From assembly GCF_003852895.1 (NCBI RefSeq), contig NZ_QUSW01000007.1, forward strand, positions 231,411 to 295,410: a stretch of DNA of 64,000 nucleotides, given 5' to 3'. The notes beneath the pieces are model-generated. The model searched no databases, was not told the DNA's origin, and worked only from the letters and a program-made list of their open reading frames with translations. This DNA comes from Piscinibacter terrae (GTDB lineage: Bacteria; Pseudomonadota; Gammaproteobacteria; Burkholderiales; Burkholderiaceae_C). Within the stretch, counting starts at the first letter, position 1; each line of letters opens with the position of its first letter. Made by a program: the position numbers and the translations under genes. This document shows positions 9,807 to 18,376 of the stretch, piece by piece.

Positions 9807-10994
9807 ATGCGTCCCGTCATCACCAGCCTGCTCGACACCGACCTCTACAAGTTCACGATGTGGCAGACCATGCTGCATCGCCATCCGCAGACGCAGGCCG
9901 AGTACACGTTCGTTTGCCGGAACCAGCCCACCTACCCGCTCGCCGAGCTGGTGGCCGAGGTGAATGAACAGCTCGACCACCTGTGCACGCTCAGCTTCAA
10001 GCCCGATGAGCTGGCATACCTGGCGGGCCTGCGCTTCATCAAGTCCGACTTCGTCGACTTCCTGCGCATCTTCCACTTCCAGCGCGAGTTCATCAGCGCA
10101 CGCGCCAACGGCGACAAGCTGGAGATCGTGGCCCGCGGTCCGCAGGTGCATGTGATGGCGTTCGAGATCTTCGTGCTCGCGATGGTCAATGAGCTGTACT
10201 TCCGCCGATTCGATCGTGAACCTGCGCTGATAGAGGGCCGCAAGCGCCTGCAGGCCAAGATCGAACAGCTTCGCGCGTTCGGCCAGGAACCGGCTCGCCG
10301 CAACCCCTTCGAATTCTTCGACTTCGGTGTGCGCCGCCGCTTCGCTGGTGACTGGCAGCGCGAAGTCGTCACCACGCTCAAGCGCGAGGTGCCGCAGTTC
10401 TTCAAGGGCACGTCCAACGTGCTGCTGGCGCGCGACCTCCAGCTCGTGCCCATCGGCACCATGGCCCACGAATATCTGCAGACCTATCAGGCCCTGGGCG
10501 TGCGGCTGCGCGATTTCCAGAAGGCGGCGCTCGAAGACTGGGTGCAGGAATACCGCGGCGACCTCGGCGTGGCGCTCACCGACGTGGTGGGCATGGACGC
10601 CTTCATCAGCGACTTCGACCTGTATTTCGCCAAGCTCTTCGACGGCCTGCGCCACGACTCCGGCGATCCGACGGTCTGGGGCGAGAAGGCACTCGCGCAC
10701 TATGCAAAGCTGCGCATCGATGCCAACACCAAGCGCCTGGTGTTCTCCGACGGGCTCGACATCGCACGCGCCATCGACCTTTACCGACACTTCGCCGATC
10801 GCACGCAACTGGGCTTCGGCATCGGCACCAACCTGAGCAACGACGTGGGCCAGACGCCACTCAACATCGTGATGAAGCTCACCCGCTGCAACGACCAGCC
10901 GGTGGCGAAGCTGTCCGACAGCCCCGGCAAGACGCTGTGCGACGACCAGACCTTCCTGGCCTACCTGCGCCAGGTCTTCAACGTCCCGGCCTGA
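9807..10994 (+). CDS. pncB: nicotinate phosphoribosyltransferase
   Basis: [20 protein letters not shown]... canonical PncB N-terminus and full-length similarity; alternative upstream ATG at 9768 overlapping pncA. Confidence 0.85.
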   Translation: MRPVITSLLDTDLYKFTMWQTMLHRHPQTQAEYTFVCRNQPTYPLAELVAEVNEQLDHLCTLSFKPDELAYLAGLRFIKSDFVDFLRIFHFQREFISARANGDKLEIVARGPQVHVMAFEIFVLAMVNELYFRRFDREPALIEGRKRLQAKIEQLRAFGQEPARRNPFEFFDFGVRRRFAGDWQREVVTTLKREVPQFFKGTSNVLLARDLQLVPIGTMAHEYLQTYQALGVRLRDFQKAALEDWVQEYRGDLGVALTDVVGMDAFISDFDLYFAKLFDGLRHDSGDPTVWGEKALAHYAKLRIDANTKRLVFSDGLDIARAIDLYRHFADRTQLGFGIGTNLSNDVGQTPLNIVMKLTRCNDQPVAKLSDSPGKTLCDDQTFLAYLRQVFNVPA

Positions 10995-11004
10995 GGGCAT
11001 TGCC

Positions 11005-12705
11005 ATGCTCAAACTCACGCTGGCTCAGCTCAACTACACCGTCGGCGACATCGAGGGCAATGCCCAGAAGATGATCGACGCTGCCCAGAAGGCCGCGCGG
11101 GACGGGTCCGAGCTGGTCATCTTTTCCGAGCTGTCGCTCACGGGCTACTACCCCGGCGACTTGCTCGACGAGCCCGACTTCCTCGCTCGAGTGGACGCCG
11201 GCATCGACACCTTGCTGCAGGCGTCGCGCCAACTGCGCAACCTGCACTGGGTCATCGGCGCACCGCTGCGTCGCGACGGGCCCGGCAAGCGGTTGTCCAA
11301 CATGCTGCTGGTGCTCAGGGCGGGCGACGTCGTGCTGCGCTACGCCAAGCAACTCCTGCCCACCTACAACATCTTCGACGAGCGCCGCCACTTCGAGCCC
11401 GGGCCCGATGTGGGCCGCGTGCTGCGCATCGGCCAGACGCAGGTGGGCATGATGATCTGCGAGGACGGCTGGAACGACGGCGGCGCCGACTACGCCGTCA
11501 ACCCCTTCGAGCGCCTGCGCGATGCGGCGCCCGATTTCGTGGTGAGCATCAACGCCAGCCCCTCCAACATCGGCAAGCGCGAACAGCGGCACCAGGTGTT
11601 CGGCGCGGCCAGCAGGCGGCATGGGTTGCCGCTGGTCTACGTGAACCAGGTCGGTGGACAGGACCAGGTCATCTTCGACGGCGCTTCGTTCATCGTCGAG
11701 CCGGAGGCCGGCGTGATGCACGAGGCGCATCGCTTCGTCGAGGACGTGACGACGCTGCGCTTCGAGGACGGACACTTCAGTGCCGTCGATGGATCCGAGC
11801 TGCCCCGGCCTGCGCCGGAAGGCCTGCCCACCATGGCGTTCTATCGCGCACAGATCGTGCTCGGCCTGAAGGACTACGCACGCCGCTGCGGTTTCTCCAA
11901 GGCGGTGGTGGGATCTTCCGGCGGCATCGACAGTGCGCTGACGCTGGCCTTGGCCGTGGAGGCACTGGGGGCCGAGAACGTGGAGGCGGTGACCATGCCC
12001 TCGCGCTACTCATCGGCCGGTTCCGTGGATGACTCCGTCGCGCTGTGCCGCAACCTCGGCATTCGGCTGCACACCCACCCCATCGCTGACCTCGTGGCCG
12101 GCTACTCGGCGCAGTTCGCCGACAGCTTCCAGCAGCCTTTGCAGGGGCTGCCGCTGGAGAACCTGCAGGCACGCATCCGCGGCACGATCCTCATGGAGTT
12201 CTCCAACGCCTTCGGCCACCTCTTGCTGACCACGGGCAACAAGTCCGAGATCTCGGTGGGCTATTGCACGCTGTACGGCGACACCAACGGCGGACTCGGC
12301 CTGATCGGCGATCTCTACAAGACCGAGGTGTTCGCGCTGGCCAGGCACCTCAATGACAGTGCAGGCCGGGAGATCATTCCGGCGGCCATCATCGACAAGC
12401 CACCGTCCGCCGAACTCGCGCCGGACCAGAAGGACACCGACAGCCTGCCGCCTTATGAGGTGCTCGACGAAGTCCTCAAGATGCAGATCGAAGGCCAGGG
12501 CCTGGCCAAGGCGGAATTCGAGCAGGCGTCGGGTTTCTGCGCCAGGCTGCAGGCCAGCGATGAAGGGCGGGCGCTCATTGCCCGCGTGCGCCGCATGATC
12601 GCCCGCAACGAATACAAGCGCCGCCAGGCACCGCCCATCATCCGCGTGCGTTCGCGCGCCTTCGGCACGGGACGCCAGATGCCCATCGCCGCCAAGACCC
12701 TGTGA
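11005..12705 (+). CDS. nadE: glutamine-dependent NAD+ synthetase (nitrilase-like N-domain plus NAD synthase domain)
   Basis: 566 aa; N-terminal carbon-nitrogen hydrolase domain, C-terminal P-loop SGGIDS (VVGSSGGIDSALTLALA). Confidence 0.9.
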   Translation: MLKLTLAQLNYTVGDIEGNAQKMIDAAQKAARDGSELVIFSELSLTGYYPGDLLDEPDFLARVDAGIDTLLQASRQLRNLHWVIGAPLRRDGPGKRLSNMLLVLRAGDVVLRYAKQLLPTYNIFDERRHFEPGPDVGRVLRIGQTQVGMMICEDGWNDGGADYAVNPFERLRDAAPDFVVSINASPSNIGKREQRHQVFGAASRRHGLPLVYVNQVGGQDQVIFDGASFIVEPEAGVMHEAHRFVEDVTTLRFEDGHFSAVDGSELPRPAPEGLPTMAFYRAQIVLGLKDYARRCGFSKAVVGSSGGIDSALTLALAVEALGAENVEAVTMPSRYSSAGSVDDSVALCRNLGIRLHTHPIADLVAGYSAQFADSFQQPLQGLPLENLQARIRGTILMEFSNAFGHLLLTTGNKSEISVGYCTLYGDTNGGLGLIGDLYKTEVFALARHLNDSAGREIIPAAIIDKPPSAELAPDQKDTDSLPPYEVLDEVLKMQIEGQGLAKAEFEQASGFCARLQASDEGRALIARVRRMIARNEYKRRQAPPIIRVRSRAFGTGRQMPIAAKTL

Positions 12706-12715
12706 GGAGTCGAGC

Positions 12716-13783
12716 GTGAACACCAGCGTGAGCACCCATGACGTGGCCGTCACCATCGGCCGCTTCCAGCCCTTCCACAACGGCCACCTCGCGGTGCTGC
12801 GGCAGGCGCTGGCGGCGGCGCCCGCCTGCATCGTGGTGATCGGGTCGGCCCACCAGGCCCGCACGCCGAAGAACCCGTTCAGCTGGGAAGAGCGGGTCGA
12901 GATGATCCGGCTGGCGTTGCCGGAGCCGGATCGTGCCCGCGTGTCGTTCATTCCCGTGCGCGACTACTACGATGAATCGCGATGGTTGTCGGTGGTCCGG
13001 CGCAGCGTCGAAAGCCTGCTGGCCGAGCGCGGCATGCCCACCGCGCGTGTCGCGCTGGTGGGGCACCTGAAGGATCCGACCAGCGAATACCTTCGTGGAT
13101 TTGCGGGCTGGCATTTCAAGAACATCGACCGCGTGTCGTCCTTCGACGCGACGGCTGTTCGAGATGCCTACTTCGGCCATGCCGCCGGCGAACTCGATGC
13201 GAGCCTGGCGGCGCTGGTGAGCCAGGCACCGCCCAGCACGGTCGCCTTCCTGCGCGCGTGGGCCGAGCTGCCCTTCTTCGACGAACTGGTCCGAGAATGG
13301 GAGATGCTCAGGCGCTACAAGCAGTCGTGGGACGCAGCGCCTTATCCACCGGTGTTCGTGACGGTGGATGCCATCGTCAAGTGCAACCAGCACGTGCTGC
13401 TGATCCGGCGCGGACAGGCGCCTGGAAAAGGCTTGTTCGCGGCGCCGGGAGGCTTCATCGAGCAGCGTGAGACGACCTACCAATCCGCCTTGCGTGAGCT
13501 GGAAGAAGAGACGCACCTCAAGTTGCTGGACACCGCCATGCGCCATGCCTTGAAGGCCGCGGTGGTGTTCGACCATCCAGACCGCAGCCAGCGTGGCCGC
13601 ACCATCACCCATGCGCATTTCTTCGACCTGGGCGAGCGCGAGTTCCCCGAGGTCAGGGCGGATGACGATGCCGCGGCGGTGGAGTGGGTGCCGATCGAAC
13701 GGCTGGTCGAGATGGAGGACCGCTTCCTGGACGATCACTTCCACATGCTGGACCACTTCCTGGGCTTGACGCAGGAAGCCTGA
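12716..13783 (+). CDS. nadM: bifunctional NMN adenylyltransferase / ADP-ribose pyrophosphatase (NadM-Nudix type)
   Basis: N-terminal (H/T)xGH nucleotidyltransferase motif IGRFQPFHNGH; C-terminal Nudix box (GGFIEQRETTYQSALRELEEETHL). Confidence 0.8.
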   Translation: MNTSVSTHDVAVTIGRFQPFHNGHLAVLRQALAAAPACIVVIGSAHQARTPKNPFSWEERVEMIRLALPEPDRARVSFIPVRDYYDESRWLSVVRRSVESLLAERGMPTARVALVGHLKDPTSEYLRGFAGWHFKNIDRVSSFDATAVRDAYFGHAAGELDASLAALVSQAPPSTVAFLRAWAELPFFDELVREWEMLRRYKQSWDAAPYPPVFVTVDAIVKCNQHVLLIRRGQAPGKGLFAAPGGFIEQRETTYQSALRELEEETHLKLLDTAMRHALKAAVVFDHPDRSQRGRTITHAHFFDLGEREFPEVRADDDAAAVEWVPIERLVEMEDRFLDDHFHMLDHFLGLTQEA

Positions 13784-13787
13784 GCCT

Positions 13788-14384
13788 TCAAGCGGTCGGG
13801 TAGACCGCTTCCGTGGGCGTTTGCAATTCCCGGTTGTCGTCTTGCGCATGCTCGCGTTGCGCAGCCACGAAACCGGTCATGTCGATGACCTCCAGCAGAT
13901 CGTCATGGGCCATGCGCCGCAGCATGCTGCCGCGCAGGCCCAGCTGGATGGCGCGACGACTCTGCCGCGCGCCGCTGGGTGAGTGGTCCGGATCCCACTG
14001 CAGGCGAACCTCGGAGCCTTCCACCGCGGCTTGCCACGCTTCGCGGCTTGGATGCACGGACGGGTCGTATGCGGACTCGACGGCCTGTGCCAGCAGTTCG
14101 TCAAAGAACGGCCGCTTCAGGCGCAACGCGAGGATCATCTCCTGGCCTTCCTTGGTGCCCCATCCACAGCGGTACATCATCCACAGGAAATTGGGCTTGA
14201 TCCAGCTCATCCGCTGGAAGCTGAAGTCCGGCCCACCGAAGCGGCCATGCTCGATGGCATGGCGTGCGATGGACGGCCGGTAGGCCTGGTAGACGATCAC
14301 CGAGGTGTCGTCGAATTGGGCAAGGATGTGCCGGCCTTCCGATGGCCAGCGATGCTGTTGTTGGAGATGGTTGCTGAAATTCAT
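13788..14384 (-). CDS. DUF4291-family protein (uncharacterised; last gene of KptA/NADAR operon)
   Basis: 198-aa ORF; ATGA start/stop overlap with upstream NADAR gene (14381-14384). Confidence 0.55.
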   Translation of the reverse strand: MNFSNHLQQQHRWPSEGRHILAQFDDTSVIVYQAYRPSIARHAIEHGRFGGPDFSFQRMSWIKPNFLWMMYRCGWGTKEGQEMILALRLKRPFFDELLAQAVESAYDPSVHPSREAWQAAVEGSEVRLQWDPDHSPSGARQSRRAIQLGLRGSMLRRMAHDDLLEVIDMTGFVAAQREHAQDDNRELQTPTEAVYPTA

Positions 14385-14962
14385 TGTCGTTTCTGTTGTT
14401 CTTGTTCAATCAGGCGTTCTCGAACCTCCATGAGCGCGAAGCCCAGCAGGTTCAAGCCTTTCCACAGCAGCGGGTTCTCCGCGTGAGGCTCATCCGCCGC
14501 CGTGCCGATGCCCCAGACCTTGTCGACCGGGCTGGCTTCGACGATGACGCGGTCGCCGGTCGATTTCAGGAACTCGCCCATGGCCGCGTTCTGGGAGAAC
14601 TTGGCCAAGTTGCCCGCGACGACCAGATCGAACCGGGCGGCTTTCCATTGGACGTCGTCGAATCCCTGGACGGTACGGCCCAGCTTCTTGGCCTCATTCG
14701 GACTTGCCGCCGCGACGATTCGTTCGTGGGCCTGCGCATCGCCGAACAAGCGGGCCTTGCCAGCCATCATGAAGTGCTCGGCCGTGGTGTAGCGGGTTCC
14801 CTCCACGACGAAGGGCGCCTCGTACCACTGGCTGAACACGCTCTTGCCGATCTCCCCGCCAGGGAGCGGCCGATGACCCCAGAAGAAGAGGTACTTGGGC
14901 CGATGGCCGTGCTCGACGGCGGCGATGAGTTGTTCGATGCTGCGCACTTGCTGGCTGTTCAT
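14381..14962 (-). CDS. NADAR-domain protein (YbiA-like, DUF1768; predicted NAD/ADP-ribose-related N-glycosidase)
   Basis: Start MNSQQVRS at 14962; NADAR-like motifs (FFWGHRP..GEIGKSVFSQWYEAPF..YTTAEHFMMAGKARLF...KVWGIG). Confidence 0.7.
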   Translation of the reverse strand: MNSQQVRSIEQLIAAVEHGHRPKYLFFWGHRPLPGGEIGKSVFSQWYEAPFVVEGTRYTTAEHFMMAGKARLFGDAQAHERIVAAASPNEAKKLGRTVQGFDDVQWKAARFDLVVAGNLAKFSQNAAMGEFLKSTGDRVIVEASPVDKVWGIGTAADEPHAENPLLWKGLNLLGFALMEVRERLIEQEQQKRQ

Positions 14963-14978
14963 TCTTTTCCTCTCCTGC

Positions 14979-15539
14979 TCACACCAGCGACTGATGCCGG
15001 CTGAGATACCGCACCGGCACATGATCTGTGAGCCACACGTTGTTGTCCGATCGGTAGAAGCGATGGCCATCGGCACGCATCGCGGCAGCGTCGATGGCCA
15101 GGATGACCGGGACGCCGTAGCGCTGCCCGACCGAACGGGCGGTGCCGATGTCGGCGGTCATGTGCACGTGATGACGCTGCCGCTTGTCCAGCCCCGTGCG
15201 CATCACCGAGTCGATGAATCTCGATGCCGTGCCGTGGTACAGCACCGCCGGAGGTTCGAGTTCTTCCAGCCCGAGTTCCACGTCGATCGAGTGTCCCTGG
15301 TTGGCGCGAATGCGTGTTCCGTCCTCGCTGAAACTGAATCGTTGCTTGTCATTGCCAGCCACCACTTCGCGCAGCAGATCCAGGCTCACCGGGCGTCCGG
15401 CGATGGCGAGCTTTTGCAGCAGCTCGCCCACGTCTGTCCATCCTGCATCGTCCAGCGACAGGCCGATCTTTTCCGGTTGGTGCCTCAGCACCAGGCTGAG
15501 GAACTTGCTGATCGACACGATGTTGTGCTTGTTGGTCAT
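14979..15539 (-). CDS. kptA: RNA 2'-phosphotransferase (Tpt1/KptA family, NAD-dependent)
   Basis: Start MTNKHNIV at 15539; KptA motifs ([39 protein letters not shown]); long upstream in-frame extension of the track ORF rejected. Confidence 0.8.
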   Translation of the reverse strand: MTNKHNIVSISKFLSLVLRHQPEKIGLSLDDAGWTDVGELLQKLAIAGRPVSLDLLREVVAGNDKQRFSFSEDGTRIRANQGHSIDVELGLEELEPPAVLYHGTASRFIDSVMRTGLDKRQRHHVHMTADIGTARSVGQRYGVPVILAIDAAAMRADGHRFYRSDNNVWLTDHVPVRYLSRHQSLV

Positions 15540-15577
15540 GGTTGTTTTCCTTGTTGTGTTGTTCTCGTTCGGTGGCC

Positions 15578-16510
15578 TCACACCACCAGATGTCCTTTGC
15601 TCGCCGCCACCGTCACCACCGCTTCCATGCCTGCGGTGAAGGCCAGGTAGTCGGCTTCCATGCCGTCTGAAAAGATCACGCCGTTCTCCGGCATGCGTGA
15701 GCGCAGTTTGAGCGATTGTTCGTGCGTCACGCCGCCGAACACGAGCTCCGCCTGTGAACCCCTGCTCGGAAACGGCTCGCGCACGGCGAAGGTCAGCTGG
15801 TCGCTGTCCCAGGCCTGCGGCCGATACGCCAGCGGCGCGGATGTGCCGACCGCACGCGCAATGCCGGACGCACCCGTCACCACGCTCTTGAGCCATGCGG
15901 TCGATCCCAGCCCGGTGGACACGATGATCCCGGACGAGGACTGCGATTCGCGACGGCCTCCGAGTTCGATGTCGTACAGCGCCGAGGTGTGCGTGCGCGG
16001 GCCGATGAACAGGTCATTGACCGCGCGCAGGCATTGCCCGTCCGACAGGATCGCCTGGGCCATCGTCACCGCCTTGTGGGCGCGGCGACCGCCCGCCACT
16101 TCGCGCAGGATGGGACCGAGGTCGCCGGCCTCGAAGGGCAGCAGCACGCCATCCCACCGCGCAGGCTCCGGGTTCACGCCCACCAGGGGTTGCCCCTCCA
16201 GGTACTTCATCGTGTTGGCCACCAGGCCGTCCTGGCCCAGGGCCACCACGATGTCGTCCGGCGCGAACACGAAGTTCGGCAGGTAGCCGCGGTCGATGAC
16301 CTGGTAGCGGCCCCAGGCCTGCAATGTCTGCATCGCGACGCGCAGCTGCCTGGCATACACCTCATCCTCCTTCACGTAGTCGGAGAAGTCGGCGCCCAAG
16401 TGCTCGACATAGAAGCGCGATTGCTCCAGCGTGTGATAGCGCGCTACCAGCTCCTGCAGCCTCGTGCGGCGCGTCACCAGCACGACCTTGCAGTCATTCC
16501 TTGCGTTCAC
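15578..16510 (-). CDS. ATP-NAD kinase-family protein (NadK-like fold, atypical)
   Basis: 310 aa; GGDG-like motif ([12 protein letters not shown]) and NadK C-terminal-like [15 protein letters not shown]; embedded in SPFH/KptA/NADAR operon. Confidence 0.55.
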   Translation of the reverse strand: MNARNDCKVVLVTRRTRLQELVARYHTLEQSRFYVEHLGADFSDYVKEDEVYARQLRVAMQTLQAWGRYQVIDRGYLPNFVFAPDDIVVALGQDGLVANTMKYLEGQPLVGVNPEPARWDGVLLPFEAGDLGPILREVAGGRRAHKAVTMAQAILSDGQCLRAVNDLFIGPRTHTSALYDIELGGRRESQSSSGIIVSTGLGSTAWLKSVVTGASGIARAVGTSAPLAYRPQAWDSDQLTFAVREPFPSRGSQAELVFGGVTHEQSLKLRSRMPENGVIFSDGMEADYLAFTAGMEAVVTVAASKGHLVV

Positions 16511-17549
16511 GGTGTGCCTTTCCTCGTTCGTCTTGCGTGCTGCTGCCCATCAACGACTGCAGCAGGTCCGGTGACAGGTTGAGCTGCCCGATGCGTTCGG
16601 CCCGTTCGGCGATGCCGCCAAACGCCTGCGCAATGAGCTGTCCCGGCTGCATGCCCGCTGCAGTCAACGCCTGCACGACGCGCGGATCGGCGGCTTCGAG
16701 GGCGCGCATCACCGCGCTCACCCGGTAGGCCTCGGCATCGGCCGACGTCCGCTGGTTCTGCGCCTGGCCATCGACGAAGGCCTTGCGCTGGTCTTCCAGC
16801 GCGACGTCCGCCGCCATCTGCTCCGTGCGCAGCGTGTTCTCCTTGCGCAGCATCGCCGCCTTGGCCTCCATCTGCGTCTCGCGGATCTGCCGCTTCTTCT
16901 GCTCCACCGCGATGTCGGTGTCCAGCTCGTTCTGGCGGATGGATCGCTCCTTTTCCACCGCCGACATGCGGCGCGCATACACGGCATCGTCCGCGGCCTG
17001 CAGGTTGGATTCGCGGGCTTCGGCCTCCAGTGCGCGCGCAATGTCAGGCGTGGGCTTCACGGCCATCACCGACACGCCCAGGATTTCCAGGCCCAGCGCC
17101 GCGATCTCCGGCTGGTTGCCCAGCTCCTTCTGCGCCGCCCGGGCAATGAGCGCCGACGAACGCAGCGCCTGCTTGAGCTCCAGCGACTGCACCGCCTGCT
17201 GAACGATGACCTCGACCTGCATCGCCACCCGGTCGCCCAGGCGCTTGGGGTCTTCGGACACGTAGCCGCGTCCATCCTTGTTCAGCGAGAAGTCCATCAT
17301 CGCCGAGGTGCGGCGCGGATCGCTGATGCGGTAGGTGACCTGGCCTTGCACCGTCACCGTCTGGAAGTCGGCGGTGACGAGCTGGAGGATGAACGGCCGG
17401 TCCTGGCTGGCCACCGGCACGGCCACCAGCGTGGTGGTGGGTGCGTAGTAGAAGAAGGACTCGCCCGCCCCTTCGCGCAGCAGCTTGCCGCCCTTGAACT
17501 GCATGAGGTGGACGGTGGGTTGGGCCTTGATGAACTGGATGCCGAACAT
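16494..17549 (-). CDS. SPFH/band-7 (stomatin/prohibitin/flotillin-like) domain protein with C-terminal coiled-coil region
   Basis: Start MFGIQFIKAQP at 17549; SPFH core plus long Glu/Ala/Arg-rich helical tail; first gene of operon; divergent from nrtR paralog. Confidence 0.75.
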   Translation of the reverse strand: MFGIQFIKAQPTVHLMQFKGGKLLREGAGESFFYYAPTTTLVAVPVASQDRPFILQLVTADFQTVTVQGQVTYRISDPRRTSAMMDFSLNKDGRGYVSEDPKRLGDRVAMQVEVIVQQAVQSLELKQALRSSALIARAAQKELGNQPEIAALGLEILGVSVMAVKPTPDIARALEAEARESNLQAADDAVYARRMSAVEKERSIRQNELDTDIAVEQKKRQIRETQMEAKAAMLRKENTLRTEQMAADVALEDQRKAFVDGQAQNQRTSADAEAYRVSAVMRALEAADPRVVQALTAAGMQPGQLIAQAFGGIAERAERIGQLNLSPDLLQSLMGSSTQDERGKAHRERKE

Positions 17550-17641
17550 GGCAGACTCCTTGTTTGGTTGTTCTGTACAACTTGTTAATGGTTGCACAAT
17601 ACAACTTAAAATCCGATGCGTCAAGCAAGGAGCCCCAACCC
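17550..17641. promoter_or_regulatory. divergent control region between SPFH operon and second nrtR paralog with ACAACTT direct repeats
   Basis: ACAACTT at 17577-17583 and 17601-17607; CAACttgttaatgGTTG dyad; same ACAACT core as the nrtR1-pncA operators. Confidence 0.35.
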
Positions 17642-18373
17642 ATGGTCAGCAAGGCCCCCGGCCGCATGCCGCCGTTTCCTCTGCCGTTCACCACGGTGGA
17701 CGTGGTCATCTTCACCGTGCTCGACGATGCGCTGCAGGTGCTGCTGGTGCAGCGGCCGGACACGCCCAAGGAGCCGCACCCCGGCAAATGGGCGCTGCCG
17801 GGCGGCTTCGTGGACATCGACCGCGACGCGGACCTCATCGCCTGTGCGCGCCGCAAGCTGCGCGAGAAGACGGCGGTGGAGAGCCCCTACCTCGAACAGC
17901 TCGGCAGCTGGGGAAGCCGGTCGCGCGATCCGCGCGGCTGGTCGGCCACGCACGTGTACTTCGCGCTGGTGGCGGCGGACCATCTGGTGATCGAGAAGGG
18001 GGCCAATGCGGCGGACGTCGCATGGTTCAAGGTCGACGAGATGCTCAAGCGCCCCAGGCTGGCCTTCGACCATGCGCAGATCCTGCAGGCGGCCGCCGAG
18101 CGGCTGCGCAGCAAGGTGGAGTACACCTCGCTGCCGGCGTTCCTGCTGAGCGAGCCGTTCACCTTGCCGCAGTTGCAGCGAACCTATGAAATCGTGCTGG
18201 GCCGCCCGGTGGACAAGAGCGGCTTTCGGACCCGCATGCTGGCGGCGGACTTCCTGGTCGAGGATGGCTACGCCGACGGCAGCTCCAAGCGGCCGGCCAT
18301 GGGCTACCGGCTGCGCGACCGGCAGGAGCCCGTCACCTTCCCCCGCACCTTCAGCCCACGCGGGGCGGAGTAG
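17642..18373 (+). CDS. second NrtR-family (Nudix-wHTH) regulator paralog
   Basis: Start MVSKAPG at 17642; Nudix region (LLVQRPDTPKEPHPGKWALPGGFVD..REKTAV) and wHTH (FTLPQLQRTYEIVLGRPVDKSGFRTRM) colinear with the nrtR gene at 8072-8764. Confidence 0.7.
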   Translation: MVSKAPGRMPPFPLPFTTVDVVIFTVLDDALQVLLVQRPDTPKEPHPGKWALPGGFVDIDRDADLIACARRKLREKTAVESPYLEQLGSWGSRSRDPRGWSATHVYFALVAADHLVIEKGANAADVAWFKVDEMLKRPRLAFDHAQILQAAAERLRSKVEYTSLPAFLLSEPFTLPQLQRTYEIVLGRPVDKSGFRTRMLAADFLVEDGYADGSSKRPAMGYRLRDRQEPVTFPRTFSPRGAE

Positions 18374-18376
18374 GCC

